A DNA stretch of 64,000 nucleotides from assembly GCA_963663165.1 (NCBI GenBank), contig OY760175.1:4864001-4928000 (forward strand), in the 5' to 3' direction. Shown here in pieces: positions 1 through 9,815 of this stretch. The translations under genes and the position numbers were made by a program. The notes beneath the pieces were generated by a model. It searched no databases and was not told where the DNA came from. It saw only the letters and a list, made by a program, of their open reading frames with translations. The number at the start of each line of letters is the position of its first letter. Positions within the stretch are counted from its first letter, which is position 1. The stretch comes from an uncultured Desulfospira sp. Lineage in GTDB: Bacteria > Desulfobacterota > Desulfobacteria > Desulfobacterales > Desulfobacteraceae.

Positions 1-1
1 G

Positions 2-112
2 AAAAAGGCCAGCCGGATGATCGGGATTATCAACAAAGTCGCCGGGAGCCTGCTCATTGTCATTGGCCTGCTTTTGATTCTTGACAAGTTCCGGCTTCTG
101 GCCCTGGCATGA
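2..112 (+). CDS. 3' end of a membrane protein, possibly CcdA-like cytochrome c biogenesis protein (partial)
   Basis: Open frame from the window edge, KKASRMIGIINKVAGSLLIVIGLLLILDKFRLLALA*, with a hydrophobic C-terminal helix resembling CcdA ends. Confidence 0.4.
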   Translation, partial: KKASRMIGIINKVAGSLLIVIGLLLILDKFRLLALA

Positions 113-143
113 AGCGGTTGGCTAACAGCTAAAGACAACAGAC

Positions 144-1331
144 ATGCCCCAGAACTCCAACCGGCTTTACACCTTTATCGGCCTTGCCACCTTTGCCAAA
201 CTGCTGCTCAACATCACCAGGAGACTGGTCTACCCCTTTGCCCCTGAATTTGCCCGGGGGGCCGGGGTCGGCCTATCCGCCATTACCCCCATTATTGCCC
301 TGAACCAGGCCACGGCTGTTCTCGGTCCCATTGGGGCTTCGGCTGCCGATAAATACGGGAATAAACCTGTCATGCTGACGGCCTTGGCTGCTTTGGCCCT
401 GGGCACCTTGCTGGCCGGTACTTGTCCCGTTTATGCGGCCCTGGCCCTGGGGCTTTTTTTGTCAGGCCTGGCCAAAAGCCTGTTTGACCCCAGCCTCCAG
501 TCTTTTATCGGCAGTTCGGTTCCCTATAACCGGCGGGGGCGGTTTATCGGCATCACGGAAACCTCCTGGGCCGGATCCACCCTGGTGGGAATTCCCCTTG
601 CCGGCCTGATCATTACCCGGTTTTCCTGGCAGACCCCTTTTATCCTGGTATCGGTTTTATCCTGTATCTGTTTTTTAGGTATCCTCAGGATCATGCCAAA
701 AGCCAAAAGAAGCGCCCCAACAAAGGCCCGGGCTTCCTTTGCAGCCAACTGGCGGCAGATCCTCAAAACCCCTGCGGTTCCCGGCACCCTTGGTTTTGCC
801 TTTTTTGTTTCTCTGAGCAGCGATAATTTGTTTGTGGTATACGGGGCCTGGCTGGAGCAGTCCTATGACCTGTCCCTGGCTGCCATCGGCATGGGCACGG
901 TCATGATCGGGATCGCTGAAATTCTGGGTGAAAGCCTTACAGCCCTGGCATCTGACCGGCTGGGCCTTAAAAAGTCGGTTTTCCTGGGGGGCATCTGCTG
1001 CTGCCTTGCCTATCTGCTGCTGCCGTTGCTGGACAGGGGGGTGGGACCGGTTCTGGCCGGCCTGTTCCTGGTCTTTCTTTTTTTTGAATTCACCTTTGTG
1101 ACCTCCATGGGCCTGGCCACGGAACTGGTTCCGGAGCTGCGGACATCGGCATTGTCCGCCTTTTACGCCATGGCCGGCATGGGCCGGGTGGCCGGGGCAT
1201 TTATTGGGGGATTTGCCTGGTCCCATTCCGGTATTTTAACCATCAGCATTGTCTCCGGTGCCGGCATCCTGGCCGGTCTGGCCTGCCTGATGGGGGCCGG
1301 CCGGCTTTCCTTTGGGGCCAAAGGGAATTAA
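144..1331 (+). CDS. MFS transporter
   Basis: 395 aa, about 12 hydrophobic segments, MFS motif A-like ADKYGNK and SDRLGLK. Confidence 0.9.
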   Translation: MPQNSNRLYTFIGLATFAKLLLNITRRLVYPFAPEFARGAGVGLSAITPIIALNQATAVLGPIGASAADKYGNKPVMLTALAALALGTLLAGTCPVYAALALGLFLSGLAKSLFDPSLQSFIGSSVPYNRRGRFIGITETSWAGSTLVGIPLAGLIITRFSWQTPFILVSVLSCICFLGILRIMPKAKRSAPTKARASFAANWRQILKTPAVPGTLGFAFFVSLSSDNLFVVYGAWLEQSYDLSLAAIGMGTVMIGIAEILGESLTALASDRLGLKKSVFLGGICCCLAYLLLPLLDRGVGPVLAGLFLVFLFFEFTFVTSMGLATELVPELRTSALSAFYAMAGMGRVAGAFIGGFAWSHSGILTISIVSGAGILAGLACLMGAGRLSFGAKGN

Positions 1332-1476
1332 AAGTTATAAGCTATTACATTTTTTTCATAATATAGAACATTTTTTTCATAGTTTCTTCCCAAATAAAAT
1401 TTTCGAATCCGGTTCGGGCATCATGAAACACTTGAATTATGGGGTTTTTAAATATTTTAAGTGTTCGTGCCTGTAA

Positions 1477-1492
1477 TGGAGCGCTTTTTGCA
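1477..1492 (+). promoter_or_regulatory. sigma-54 (-24/-12) promoter candidate
   Basis: TGGAGCGCTTTTTGCA (GG-N10-GC), about 85 bp upstream of the 1576 ATG. Confidence 0.5.
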
Positions 1493-1575
1493 AAACATCA
1501 ACTATTGAACTATAACCATAATTCCAGGGCAGTCCTTTCGGACGCTTCGGAATTGAACCAAGGGGAGAATCCCAC

Positions 1576-3375
1576 ATGAAAAAACAGGTTTCATTCATCT
1601 TTATCCTATCGGCATCTTTTTGTATGGCGGCTTTATATCCGCTGGCCCGGGGCGCTCATGCCATGACCCCGGAAGAATGCTACCAGGGGGTGTTGGCAGA
1701 TTGCGGTATCAGCAATCCTTTAGATGATGAAAATGATTGCTTTGAAGCAAAGTACAATGCGTGTATAAACCTGTACTGTGAGGATGAATGTTATACTGAA
1801 TATAATCAGTGTCACGCAACCTGTTTTAATGCATGCAGTGCGTCTTTTTATACAGGTCAGTGTGCCGATGAATGTGCCAATGGCTATGGCTCTACGGAAT
1901 GCCAGTCTTGTGTCCAAACAGAAAGTGATGCGTGCATGGCCAATGACCCTGGCTGCTGTCTGCGGGCGGAAACTGAATGCCACGAAAATTGCCCTGCAGA
2001 TGAGACATGCACCACGCAATGCGCTGCGAATATGGACCTTGACGGAGACGGTGCCAGCGACGATAGTGACCTGTGTTTCTGGGTCTATAGCAATGAACCT
2101 TACTATGATACAGACGGGGATGGTGTTGGGGATGCCTGTGACCCTGACATTGATGACGACGGCTATCCAAACGATGAGGACAACTGTCCCTTTGTGTTCA
2201 ATCAACCCGGGGATAATACGGATGAAGATGGAGATGGAATATTAGACACCTGTGACCTGACAGACATCCGGATCGGCCCGGATGGCTATACCCCCCTGAC
2301 ACCCGTCATCACCTCCGGACCTGAACTGGCCATGCCGGAAACCGATTCACCAAGCGCCATAATTGATCCGGAAATCAAAACATATACGGCCTGGGCATTT
2401 GACATCAGCAGCGAAGATACCGAAAGGATCGTGGGGCTTTACACCCCTGAAACAGCAAATGACACCCATCAACGCGGGTTTATATGGGGAGACGGTCCAG
2501 CCACAAATGACGCAGTAAACATTGACATATCACAAACCGGTGCTGAAGACACGGTGCTGTGGGGGATTTATAACGCTTCAAATTACGTGGGCCAATACAG
2601 CCTGAACGATATCACCCAATCCATATGGATCCAGCGGAATGAGGGTACCGGCACCTATACCTACCGTTTAATCAATCCGGTTTTCCAGGATATTGCGGTT
2701 TCTTACAGCAGCGCCTGGGATTATGCCCTGGCCGGCGGGATGCCAAGCATTGTAGGCCGGTACGCAGATTCATATGGGGACAGCCACGGATATCTGTACC
2801 AGGACGGCACCTTTACCTCCATTGACGTGAAGGGTGCTGATGAAACAAACGGCTGCGGCATCAACGACCAGGGGAAAATTGTGGGGTATTACAAAGCCGA
2901 TGATACGTATCACGGATTCTTGTTGGAAGGCGCTGCCTTGGAATCCATCCACGTTCCGGGCATGGTCCATACCTGGGCATACCGCATCAACAACGCCGGC
3001 GATATCTGCGGGTTTTTTCTGGGCACCGATGGAATGAACCATGGATTTGTCTATTCCGCATCAGCAAAGACCTACCGGACCCTGGATATTGAAGGGGCCA
3101 AAGACACCTTTGTCCACGGGATCAATGATGCGGGCAAGCTGGTCGGGTACTACAGGGATGCCTCCGGCACCCATTCCTTTGCCGCCGCCCCCCTCTGCCG
3201 GGGGGACCTTGACGGGGACAACCATCTGGACGCCAATGACCTTTCCGCTTTTGCCCAGGCCTTCGGGCGTTCCGGCAATACCGGCCCGGGAGATATCAAT
3301 CCCTTTGACAACGATGTGGACGGTTCCGACCTGGCCGCATTTACCGCCTGCCTGGCCAACGGATGCCCCCTGTAA
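1576..3375 (+). CDS. Secreted mosaic protein: Cys-rich N-terminus, thrombospondin type-3 Ca-binding repeats, HAF-like repeats, C-terminal dockerin-like domain
   Basis: Signal peptide ending AHA; DxDGDG..D.CD repeats; GIND.G.IVGYY....HGF repeats; paired GDLDGDNHLDANDL / GDINPFDNDVDGSDL EF-hand-like motifs; ends NGCPL. Confidence 0.8.
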   Translation: MKKQVSFIFILSASFCMAALYPLARGAHAMTPEECYQGVLADCGISNPLDDENDCFEAKYNACINLYCEDECYTEYNQCHATCFNACSASFYTGQCADECANGYGSTECQSCVQTESDACMANDPGCCLRAETECHENCPADETCTTQCAANMDLDGDGASDDSDLCFWVYSNEPYYDTDGDGVGDACDPDIDDDGYPNDEDNCPFVFNQPGDNTDEDGDGILDTCDLTDIRIGPDGYTPLTPVITSGPELAMPETDSPSAIIDPEIKTYTAWAFDISSEDTERIVGLYTPETANDTHQRGFIWGDGPATNDAVNIDISQTGAEDTVLWGIYNASNYVGQYSLNDITQSIWIQRNEGTGTYTYRLINPVFQDIAVSYSSAWDYALAGGMPSIVGRYADSYGDSHGYLYQDGTFTSIDVKGADETNGCGINDQGKIVGYYKADDTYHGFLLEGAALESIHVPGMVHTWAYRINNAGDICGFFLGTDGMNHGFVYSASAKTYRTLDIEGAKDTFVHGINDAGKLVGYYRDASGTHSFAAAPLCRGDLDGDNHLDANDLSAFAQAFGRSGNTGPGDINPFDNDVDGSDLAAFTACLANGCPL

Positions 3376-3380
3376 ATCAC

Positions 3381-3412
3381 TGTTTGAACGGCTCGATAGC
3401 GCCGTTCAAACA
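3381..3412 (+). terminator. Stem-loop, probable terminator
   Basis: TGTTTGAACGGC ... GCCGTTCAAACA immediately after the stop codon. Confidence 0.55.
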
Positions 3413-3538
3413 CAGGTTTTCGGCCAGGCGCAAATTAAGCGTCCAAAGCCCATAAAATTGCAACCCTGACCCGTTTCTTCGAAGCTAAAACAATCAGAAC
3501 ATCCCCTTCCCGGGGTTGGTCCCCCATATTTCAGTGGA

Positions 3539-3595
3539 CAATAAAAAGTGTAAATGTTTTTTACATCCAGTAAAAAACATTTACACTTTTTATTG
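3539..3595. repeat. Perfect 26-bp AT-rich inverted repeat
   Basis: CAATAAAAAGTGTAAATGTTTTTTAC-atcca-GTAAAAAACATTTACACTTTTTATTG. Confidence 0.9.
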
Positions 3596-3731
3596 GGGTT
3601 GCGGTAAACTGACCAGAAGGAGAGGGGCTATAAACATGGGGTGTTGACCGTTAGGTGAACTTGATGGGCTAATGGTGCGAATATTGCTTGTCCTCTCTTT
3701 GGGCGATTTTTTTTATGGTTAAAGGAGGGCA

Positions 3732-6700
3732 GTGCCATTGGGGAAAAAGGCCATTGATGCCATATTTTTTGATAAGCGGGACCACAAGCTCATTGAGATT
3801 GTAAATTCCGTTTATGATGAGCCTAAATCCCTGAAATATACCGGAAAACTGTTTTATCCGTTCTTTCATCCCCTGGGGATCAAAGAGCTGGCCGAATCCC
3901 GGGGGCTGAGAACCGCCTATTCCATTGTCAATTTGATGGAGTCCATTGAACGGGGGGAAATCACCAGCCGCCTTACAGCCCTGGCCGGACTTAAAGACGA
4001 TATTGTCGACACCGTGGGCGGCCCCATGCCGAAAAATACGGCCCGGGTCCTTCTCCAGATCATGAAAGACCTGGTCCGGGCCAAGGGAAATTCTGATCTT
4101 CAGGTCCGGCTGGCCCACGATTTCAGGATGGCCGCCTTTGGCAAGCCCCGGATTATCCGGGCCCTGCTGGACCAGTACCATCTGCTGGAAATGCCTGAAG
4201 AATGGCATCAGATCACCTTTGATGACCATGTCCATGACGCCAACACCTCGGGCAGGAAAACCCCCACCCACCTGATTCTGGATGCCTGGATCAAGGGAAT
4301 TCGCCGGCTCAGGGTGGTGTATTATCATTATATTGAACCCCGGTTCGCCCTTGAGTTGATTGAAGCTGCAAGGATCATGGAAATCGATTTGAGAATCGGG
4401 ATCGAATTCTGGGCCCTCCACCGGGACCGGTATATTTCCTTTACCTGGGTATCGAGAAGCCTGCCCAACCTTGAGGCCTTTTTGTGTTTTTTGAGTTCTC
4501 CTTCTGTGGTGGCGTTCATGGAAGAGGGCAAAGCGGTTCAGCTATATCATAAACGGTATATTCTCTATCGCCTGGAGGAATTTAACCGGTCTGTACGGGC
4601 CAACCTTTGCCGGGATTTGAACATTTCCATGGACCCGTTGCAGGCCGAAGACTTCCTGAAATTTGTTCCTCCGGGCCAGCCCACCCTGGAATACCTGGGT
4701 GAATTTATTCATTCCAGGATACGCCCGGCCATGGAAGCCCATGTCGCAAAGCTCAATGAAGATCTGGCCACGGCCGGCCCAGAACAAAGGCAGGAGATTG
4801 AAAACGCCGTCAAAATTCTGGACAGGTTCACCATCAGGGACCTGTTGAAACAGTATTTGAATTCAGAACGGTTTTTTACAGAATTCAGAGCCTATATTAA
4901 ACATTCACAAGAACTTGTTCCCGACAGGTTGAGCGTTCCTTTCGGCGAATTCCTGGACCGGCTTGTGCAGCTTCACCATGACTACCGTATCACCTTGAAC
5001 CTGGACCGGATCGGGCCGGAGGATGTTCTAGAGCTTTTATATGAAAGCGACGGCCGGATTACCCGGATTGAAATTATTAACCTTAAAAAATATAACCCGG
5101 CGGAAACCGGCCATATTCTCTGTATCAATGACCTTCAGAAGGCCATCAGCCAGGGCAGTACCCTGAAGCTCAAGCGGATCATTTCAAAAATTATCGCCAA
5201 TGTGGAAACCAGCCGTCCAGACGACTGGGAAGACCGGCTCAGGGTACTGACGGCCATTCTCAACGACATTGATGAATTCAAGCATATGTTTGACCTGCGC
5301 CCCATTGAACTGAGAATCGGGTCTGATTCCACCGGCAAACCCCACCACCCCTACGGCATGGGGTTTGCCGTTCTGGACACCCTGCCCGGTAATGTCAGGC
5401 GGAGATTTAAAAGGGCCAATGTGGGCCGGCTGGCGTTGCCGGTTTACATTAAAACCAGCCTGAGTACCACGGTAATTGAACCGGAATATCTGCCCCGGTT
5501 CCTGGCCTGGATTCCGGGTATCCGCCGGTTGCTGGCCGATAGGAAAAATGAATGGGTTGTGGGGCCTTATCTGTTGGACCGGCTCACCCGCAGCAATCTG
5601 GTCACCCTGGGGAAATCCGTCGCAAAATCAAGAAACGGCTTTATCTCCAGCAAAAAACCCGAAAAGAAACCGGGAAAACGACAGTTAAAATATCTGAACA
5701 CCAAGCTGAAGAACACTCTGAAAATTATGATCGGGTTTATCCCGGCCCAGCTTTGTTTTATGCTGACCAAGGAGTGGTGGGTTCTGGCTTATCTGGGGGC
5801 TGTGATCTGGTTTTCCATTACCGGTGTAAGGAACGTGGTGCAGTCCATCCTTGGCGGCGGCGGCATTAAACGGGCGTCGCTGCTCAAGTGGAATGATTAT
5901 GTTTCCTGGGACCGGTTGGCGGATTCTCTGCTGTTCACGGGATTTTCCGTCCCCCTTCTGGATTATTTGGTCAAAGAACTGCTGCTCAAGGAGGCCATGG
6001 GCATCACCATGGCCAATGAGCCGGTGATTCTCTATGCGGTCATGGGGCTTGCCAACGGCCTTTACCTGTCAAGCCATAATGTCCTTCGGGGGCTGCCCAA
6101 AGGTGCGGCCATCGGCAATCTTTTCAGAAGTATTCTGTCCATACCCGTGGCTGTGCTGATCAACACCGCCATTGGCACAGTCCTGGGCGGGTTTCAAGTC
6201 CCTGACATCAACGGGGTTCTCCAAAAATGGGCCGCGATAATTTCCAAGGGCGCATCAGATATTGTGGCCTGTTTTATCGAAGGCGCCGCAGACCGGTCCA
6301 CTTATACCCGATTAAGACAGCAGAATATCCGTAAAAAAATTCTGGACCTGTACGATATTTATTCCAGGCTGGTCATGCGCTTTCCGGACACCGAAGAACT
6401 GATCATTCTTGAAAAATCCGACCGCCTGCTGGAAGACAAGAATTCCGAGGTCCGGGATCTGGTCACCCTGATCATGATCAACGCCCTGGACCTGTTTTAT
6501 TTCTGGATGTACCTTCCCCGTGCCCAAACGGTAATGATGGACATGATTTCGGAGATGACGCCCGAGGAAAAGGTAATTTTTTTTCAATCCCAGAACATGC
6601 TGCGCCACGAACACCACATCAGCCGTCTGTTTGTGGACGGCGTCCTGGGCCGGAATTTTTCCCGGCCCCTTTCCTTTTACCTGACCTCATACCGTTATTA

Positions 6701-6797
6701 CCTTAAAAGCATCCATAAGGCACAAGCCCTGGGGAAAAACGGCCATAACAAGGAGACCGGTGGAAAGGAAACCGGAAACCGAATGCACAAACTTTAA
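3732..6797 (+). CDS. Large hypothetical protein with PHP-like metal-binding motifs and a C-terminal multi-TM region
   Basis: AGGAGG RBS then GTG; FDDHVHD motif, IGIEF, IGSDS; hydrophobic helices around aa 665-850. Confidence 0.7.
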   Translation: MPLGKKAIDAIFFDKRDHKLIEIVNSVYDEPKSLKYTGKLFYPFFHPLGIKELAESRGLRTAYSIVNLMESIERGEITSRLTALAGLKDDIVDTVGGPMPKNTARVLLQIMKDLVRAKGNSDLQVRLAHDFRMAAFGKPRIIRALLDQYHLLEMPEEWHQITFDDHVHDANTSGRKTPTHLILDAWIKGIRRLRVVYYHYIEPRFALELIEAARIMEIDLRIGIEFWALHRDRYISFTWVSRSLPNLEAFLCFLSSPSVVAFMEEGKAVQLYHKRYILYRLEEFNRSVRANLCRDLNISMDPLQAEDFLKFVPPGQPTLEYLGEFIHSRIRPAMEAHVAKLNEDLATAGPEQRQEIENAVKILDRFTIRDLLKQYLNSERFFTEFRAYIKHSQELVPDRLSVPFGEFLDRLVQLHHDYRITLNLDRIGPEDVLELLYESDGRITRIEIINLKKYNPAETGHILCINDLQKAISQGSTLKLKRIISKIIANVETSRPDDWEDRLRVLTAILNDIDEFKHMFDLRPIELRIGSDSTGKPHHPYGMGFAVLDTLPGNVRRRFKRANVGRLALPVYIKTSLSTTVIEPEYLPRFLAWIPGIRRLLADRKNEWVVGPYLLDRLTRSNLVTLGKSVAKSRNGFISSKKPEKKPGKRQLKYLNTKLKNTLKIMIGFIPAQLCFMLTKEWWVLAYLGAVIWFSITGVRNVVQSILGGGGIKRASLLKWNDYVSWDRLADSLLFTGFSVPLLDYLVKELLLKEAMGITMANEPVILYAVMGLANGLYLSSHNVLRGLPKGAAIGNLFRSILSIPVAVLINTAIGTVLGGFQVPDINGVLQKWAAIISKGASDIVACFIEGAADRSTYTRLRQQNIRKKILDLYDIYSRLVMRFPDTEELIILEKSDRLLEDKNSEVRDLVTLIMINALDLFYFWMYLPRAQTVMMDMISEMTPEEKVIFFQSQNMLRHEHHISRLFVDGVLGRNFSRPLSFYLTSYRYYLKSIHKAQALGKNGHNKETGGKETGNRMHKL

Positions 6798-6903
6798 GAA
6801 TTTCCAACGTCCGGTTCCCCTTCTCCGGTCTTCCATAGGGCAATCGCATGTAAAAAAATTATCTTTGATAATTTTTATTTACATATGGATTCAAGGTCCG
6901 CCC

Positions 6904-7067
6904 CTCTGTGTAGTTTGGCGAAAGCCAAACCTCGGTGCACTCTGTGGTTTAAAAATATGAAATCCCAAAGGGGTTGAATTATTCTTCTTTAACCTCCTGG
7001 TTTTATAAATTGTGGGCTTCGCCCACTTTTTAAATTCAACCACAGAGGGGCACAGAGAAACACAGAG
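6904..7067. repeat. Inverted clusters of CACAGAG/CTCTGTG short repeats
   Basis: CTCTGTG, CTCGGTG, CTCTGTGGTT (6904-6949) facing AACCACAGAG, CACAGAG, CACAGAG (7038-7067). Confidence 0.6.
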
Positions 7068-7191
7068 TTTCAGTGCTGCGCACTGAAATTGCATTCGGTA
7101 AGCTTAAACAGTGGGAAAGTTACATTCGATTGCCCTGCGGCCTTCCCTTTTTTCCTTTTCTTTTTATTCAATAGTGGTATCCTGCGGGGCT

Positions 7192-8334
7192 ATGAAAACG
7201 ACGAACTTCCAACTGTCACGGGTATTGTTTATTTCCCTGTCCCATTTTGTCCATGATGTGTATACCAGCTTTCTGGCCCCGCTGCTGCCGTTGATCATTG
7301 ATAAGCTGTCTTTAACCTTGAGCCAGGCCGGGTTGCTGTCCACGGTCATGCAGATTCCGGCCCTGGCCAATCCCCTGATCGGCCTGTTTGCCGACAACCG
7401 GAGCCTGGCACGGTGGCTGCTCATCCTGTCGCCGACCCTGACGGCTCTGCCCATGAGCTTCATGGGGCTTGCCCCGTCCTACGGCGTTCTTTTGATTCTG
7501 GTGTTTGTGGCCGGGATTTCGGTTTCCCTGTTCCATGTGCCGGCCCCGGTGCTGGTGGCCGGATATTCGGGCAGTAAAAAAGGCCGGGGCATGAGCTTTT
7601 TCATGACCGGCGGGGAACTTTCCAGGACCTTAGGGCCCATATTTGCCGTGGGCGCGGTCTCTTTGCTGGGCCTTGAAAATTTTCATTTTGTCCTGGTGTT
7701 TGCCCTGGCCACATCGGTGTTGCTCTGGTTTTCTTTGGAAAAGGAGACTGAAAAAATCCAGGTCAAGGCAAAAGGGTCATTAAAGGCCACTTATCGGGAA
7801 ATCCGCCATGTGTTCAATCCCCTTTGCGGGATACTGGCTGCCAGGGCCTTTATGCACGCAACTATGGGAATGTTTCTGACCGTATTTGTTGAGCGGGAAA
7901 CCGGCAGCCTCTGGTATGCCGGGGCGGCCCTGACCCTGTACGAGGCCTTCGGGGTGGCCGGGGTTCTGTCCGCCGGGACCCTGTCCGACCGGCTGGGCCG
8001 CAGACGGGTCCTTTTCTGGGCCCTGGTTACGGCCCCGGTGGCCATTTTGCTGTTTGTGTTCGGCGGCACCTGGGTGAAGATATTAATGCTGGCGATCATC
8101 GGGTTTACGGTGCTGTCCACAACTCCGGTGATGCTGGCCATAGTCCAGGAAAATGCCGTGGAAAATCCGTCGGCCGCCAATGGGTTGTTCATGATGGTCT
8201 CTTTTATGGTCCGGTCCGGGACCGTGGTCCTGGTGGGATGGATCGGGGATGTGGCGGGAATGGAAAATATGTTTACGGTTTGTGCCGTTATGGGCTTTTT
8301 TTCCCTCCCCTTTTTACTCAAACTCGAAAATTAG
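7192..8334 (+). CDS. MFS transporter (Fsr-like)
   Basis: SHFVHDVY..FLAPLLP N-terminal motif, GTLSDRLGRR; start moved to ATG 7192. Confidence 0.85.
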   Translation: MKTTNFQLSRVLFISLSHFVHDVYTSFLAPLLPLIIDKLSLTLSQAGLLSTVMQIPALANPLIGLFADNRSLARWLLILSPTLTALPMSFMGLAPSYGVLLILVFVAGISVSLFHVPAPVLVAGYSGSKKGRGMSFFMTGGELSRTLGPIFAVGAVSLLGLENFHFVLVFALATSVLLWFSLEKETEKIQVKAKGSLKATYREIRHVFNPLCGILAARAFMHATMGMFLTVFVERETGSLWYAGAALTLYEAFGVAGVLSAGTLSDRLGRRRVLFWALVTAPVAILLFVFGGTWVKILMLAIIGFTVLSTTPVMLAIVQENAVENPSAANGLFMMVSFMVRSGTVVLVGWIGDVAGMENMFTVCAVMGFFSLPFLLKLEN

Positions 8335-8431
8335 GTATAAAGGCTGAAGGTGGTTAGACTGAAGGCTGAAAGGAATTCGATAGTCGATACCTTCAGCCTA
8401 AACCCCTTTTCCCAAAGGAGAACACTATACG

Positions 8432-9328
8432 ATGTTAAAAACCAACAAAGACAAAACCGTTGAAGTGCTGCTGCCCTGTAATCCGGGCCCCCCCAGGGTG
8501 GGGCCCGGATGGCGGGTGGACCACAAGGGCATTCCTTTTCTGTTGCCCGGAATCGGGGGAATCACCCTCAATGTCCAGGTAGGGGACCCGGCATTCGGCC
8601 TTGCCGGGGACCATATTGAACCCGGGGTCTCCTGCACGGCCAATGCGGAAAAGCCCAATGACTTTCCCAACAACTCTCTTCAGCTTCTCTCCTGTGTGGG
8701 CAATGAGGCAAAAATTGTATCCGGGGATGCCAAAGGGGAAACCGGGATTGTTCTCGGCCATCACGGGGGTTCCGAGCATGTTATGGTGGATTTTCCGGGG
8801 CCGGTAAAGGCCCGGATGACTTATGAGGATAAAATACTGATCCGGGCCAGGGGACAGGGACTTGAACTGACGGATTATCCCCATATCAAACTGTTCAACC
8901 TGTCGCCGGACCTGCTGTTTAAGATGAACATCACTGAACAGGGAAACAACACCTTGACGGTGGGGGTTACCACAAAAATCCCGGCACCGTGCATGGGGTC
9001 TGGGGTGGGCCGGGCCCATGTGGGGGCAGGGGACTATGATGTGATGACATCAGATCCTGAAACCGTTCAAAAATTTAACCTGGATAAAATGAGGTTCGGG
9101 GATATCGTGGCCATCATGGATCATGACAACTCCTATGGCCGGGCCTATGTGCAGGGAGCGGTCAGCATCGGCGTTGTGGTTCACTCAGACTGCCGCCTGG
9201 CCGGCCACGGCCCGGGGGTTGCCACCCTGATGACCTGTCCGGCCGGCGGGATTGAACCGGTGATAGATCCCGGGGCAAATTTAGCGGATTTGTTTAATAT
9301 TGGTACGCAACTGACAAAAAAAGACTAA
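8432..9328 (+). CDS. DUF4438 family protein
   Basis: [35 protein letters not shown] and AGHGPG motifs; AAGGAG RBS. Confidence 0.75.
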   Translation: MLKTNKDKTVEVLLPCNPGPPRVGPGWRVDHKGIPFLLPGIGGITLNVQVGDPAFGLAGDHIEPGVSCTANAEKPNDFPNNSLQLLSCVGNEAKIVSGDAKGETGIVLGHHGGSEHVMVDFPGPVKARMTYEDKILIRARGQGLELTDYPHIKLFNLSPDLLFKMNITEQGNNTLTVGVTTKIPAPCMGSGVGRAHVGAGDYDVMTSDPETVQKFNLDKMRFGDIVAIMDHDNSYGRAYVQGAVSIGVVVHSDCRLAGHGPGVATLMTCPAGGIEPVIDPGANLADLFNIGTQLTKKD

Positions 9329-9651
9329 TAGGTTACGGTTTCCGCGTATTCGACCCCATACCCATAAGGCCCGGGCGGTTGGGAAGTGCCCAGTTCATCG
9401 GACCATTTAACGTATCCGATATATTTGTCGTACTTTTCAAACCCGCCGTCGGAGGGGTCATAATTGCGGATTTTAATAAATAGCTCCTGGCCGATATCCA
9501 GTGCTTCTTCGGTTTTAAGGTACATGCCGCCGATGCTGTAATTCTGGAGTTCGGCCGCTGCCCCGCTGCTTAAGGTCTCGTTCCGGTACAATAACAAGGA
9601 CGCCTGATGATTGTACCGTTCATACCGGCGCTTTTCTATGCCGCTTGCCAT
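9325..9651 (-). CDS. PilZ domain protein (c-di-GMP receptor)
   Basis: RRYER (RxxxR) and NYSIGG (D/NxSxxG) motifs, YGVEY. Confidence 0.85.
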   Translation of the reverse strand: MASGIEKRRYERYNHQASLLLYRNETLSSGAAAELQNYSIGGMYLKTEEALDIGQELFIKIRNYDPSDGGFEKYDKYIGYVKWSDELGTSQPPGPYGYGVEYAETVTY

Positions 9652-9815
9652 AACCGTCTCCTTTTAGAGGGTGTTTTGTTACATTATGTTTCGTTTAAAC
9701 CGGTTATATATTATCCTTGTTTGGAATTGGATTACAACCAAAATCCTGATATAGTGTCCTTTGCGTAAACTGTTTGAGAGTTTGACCAGGGACCTGTGTT
9801 GACTTTCAATAGGCG

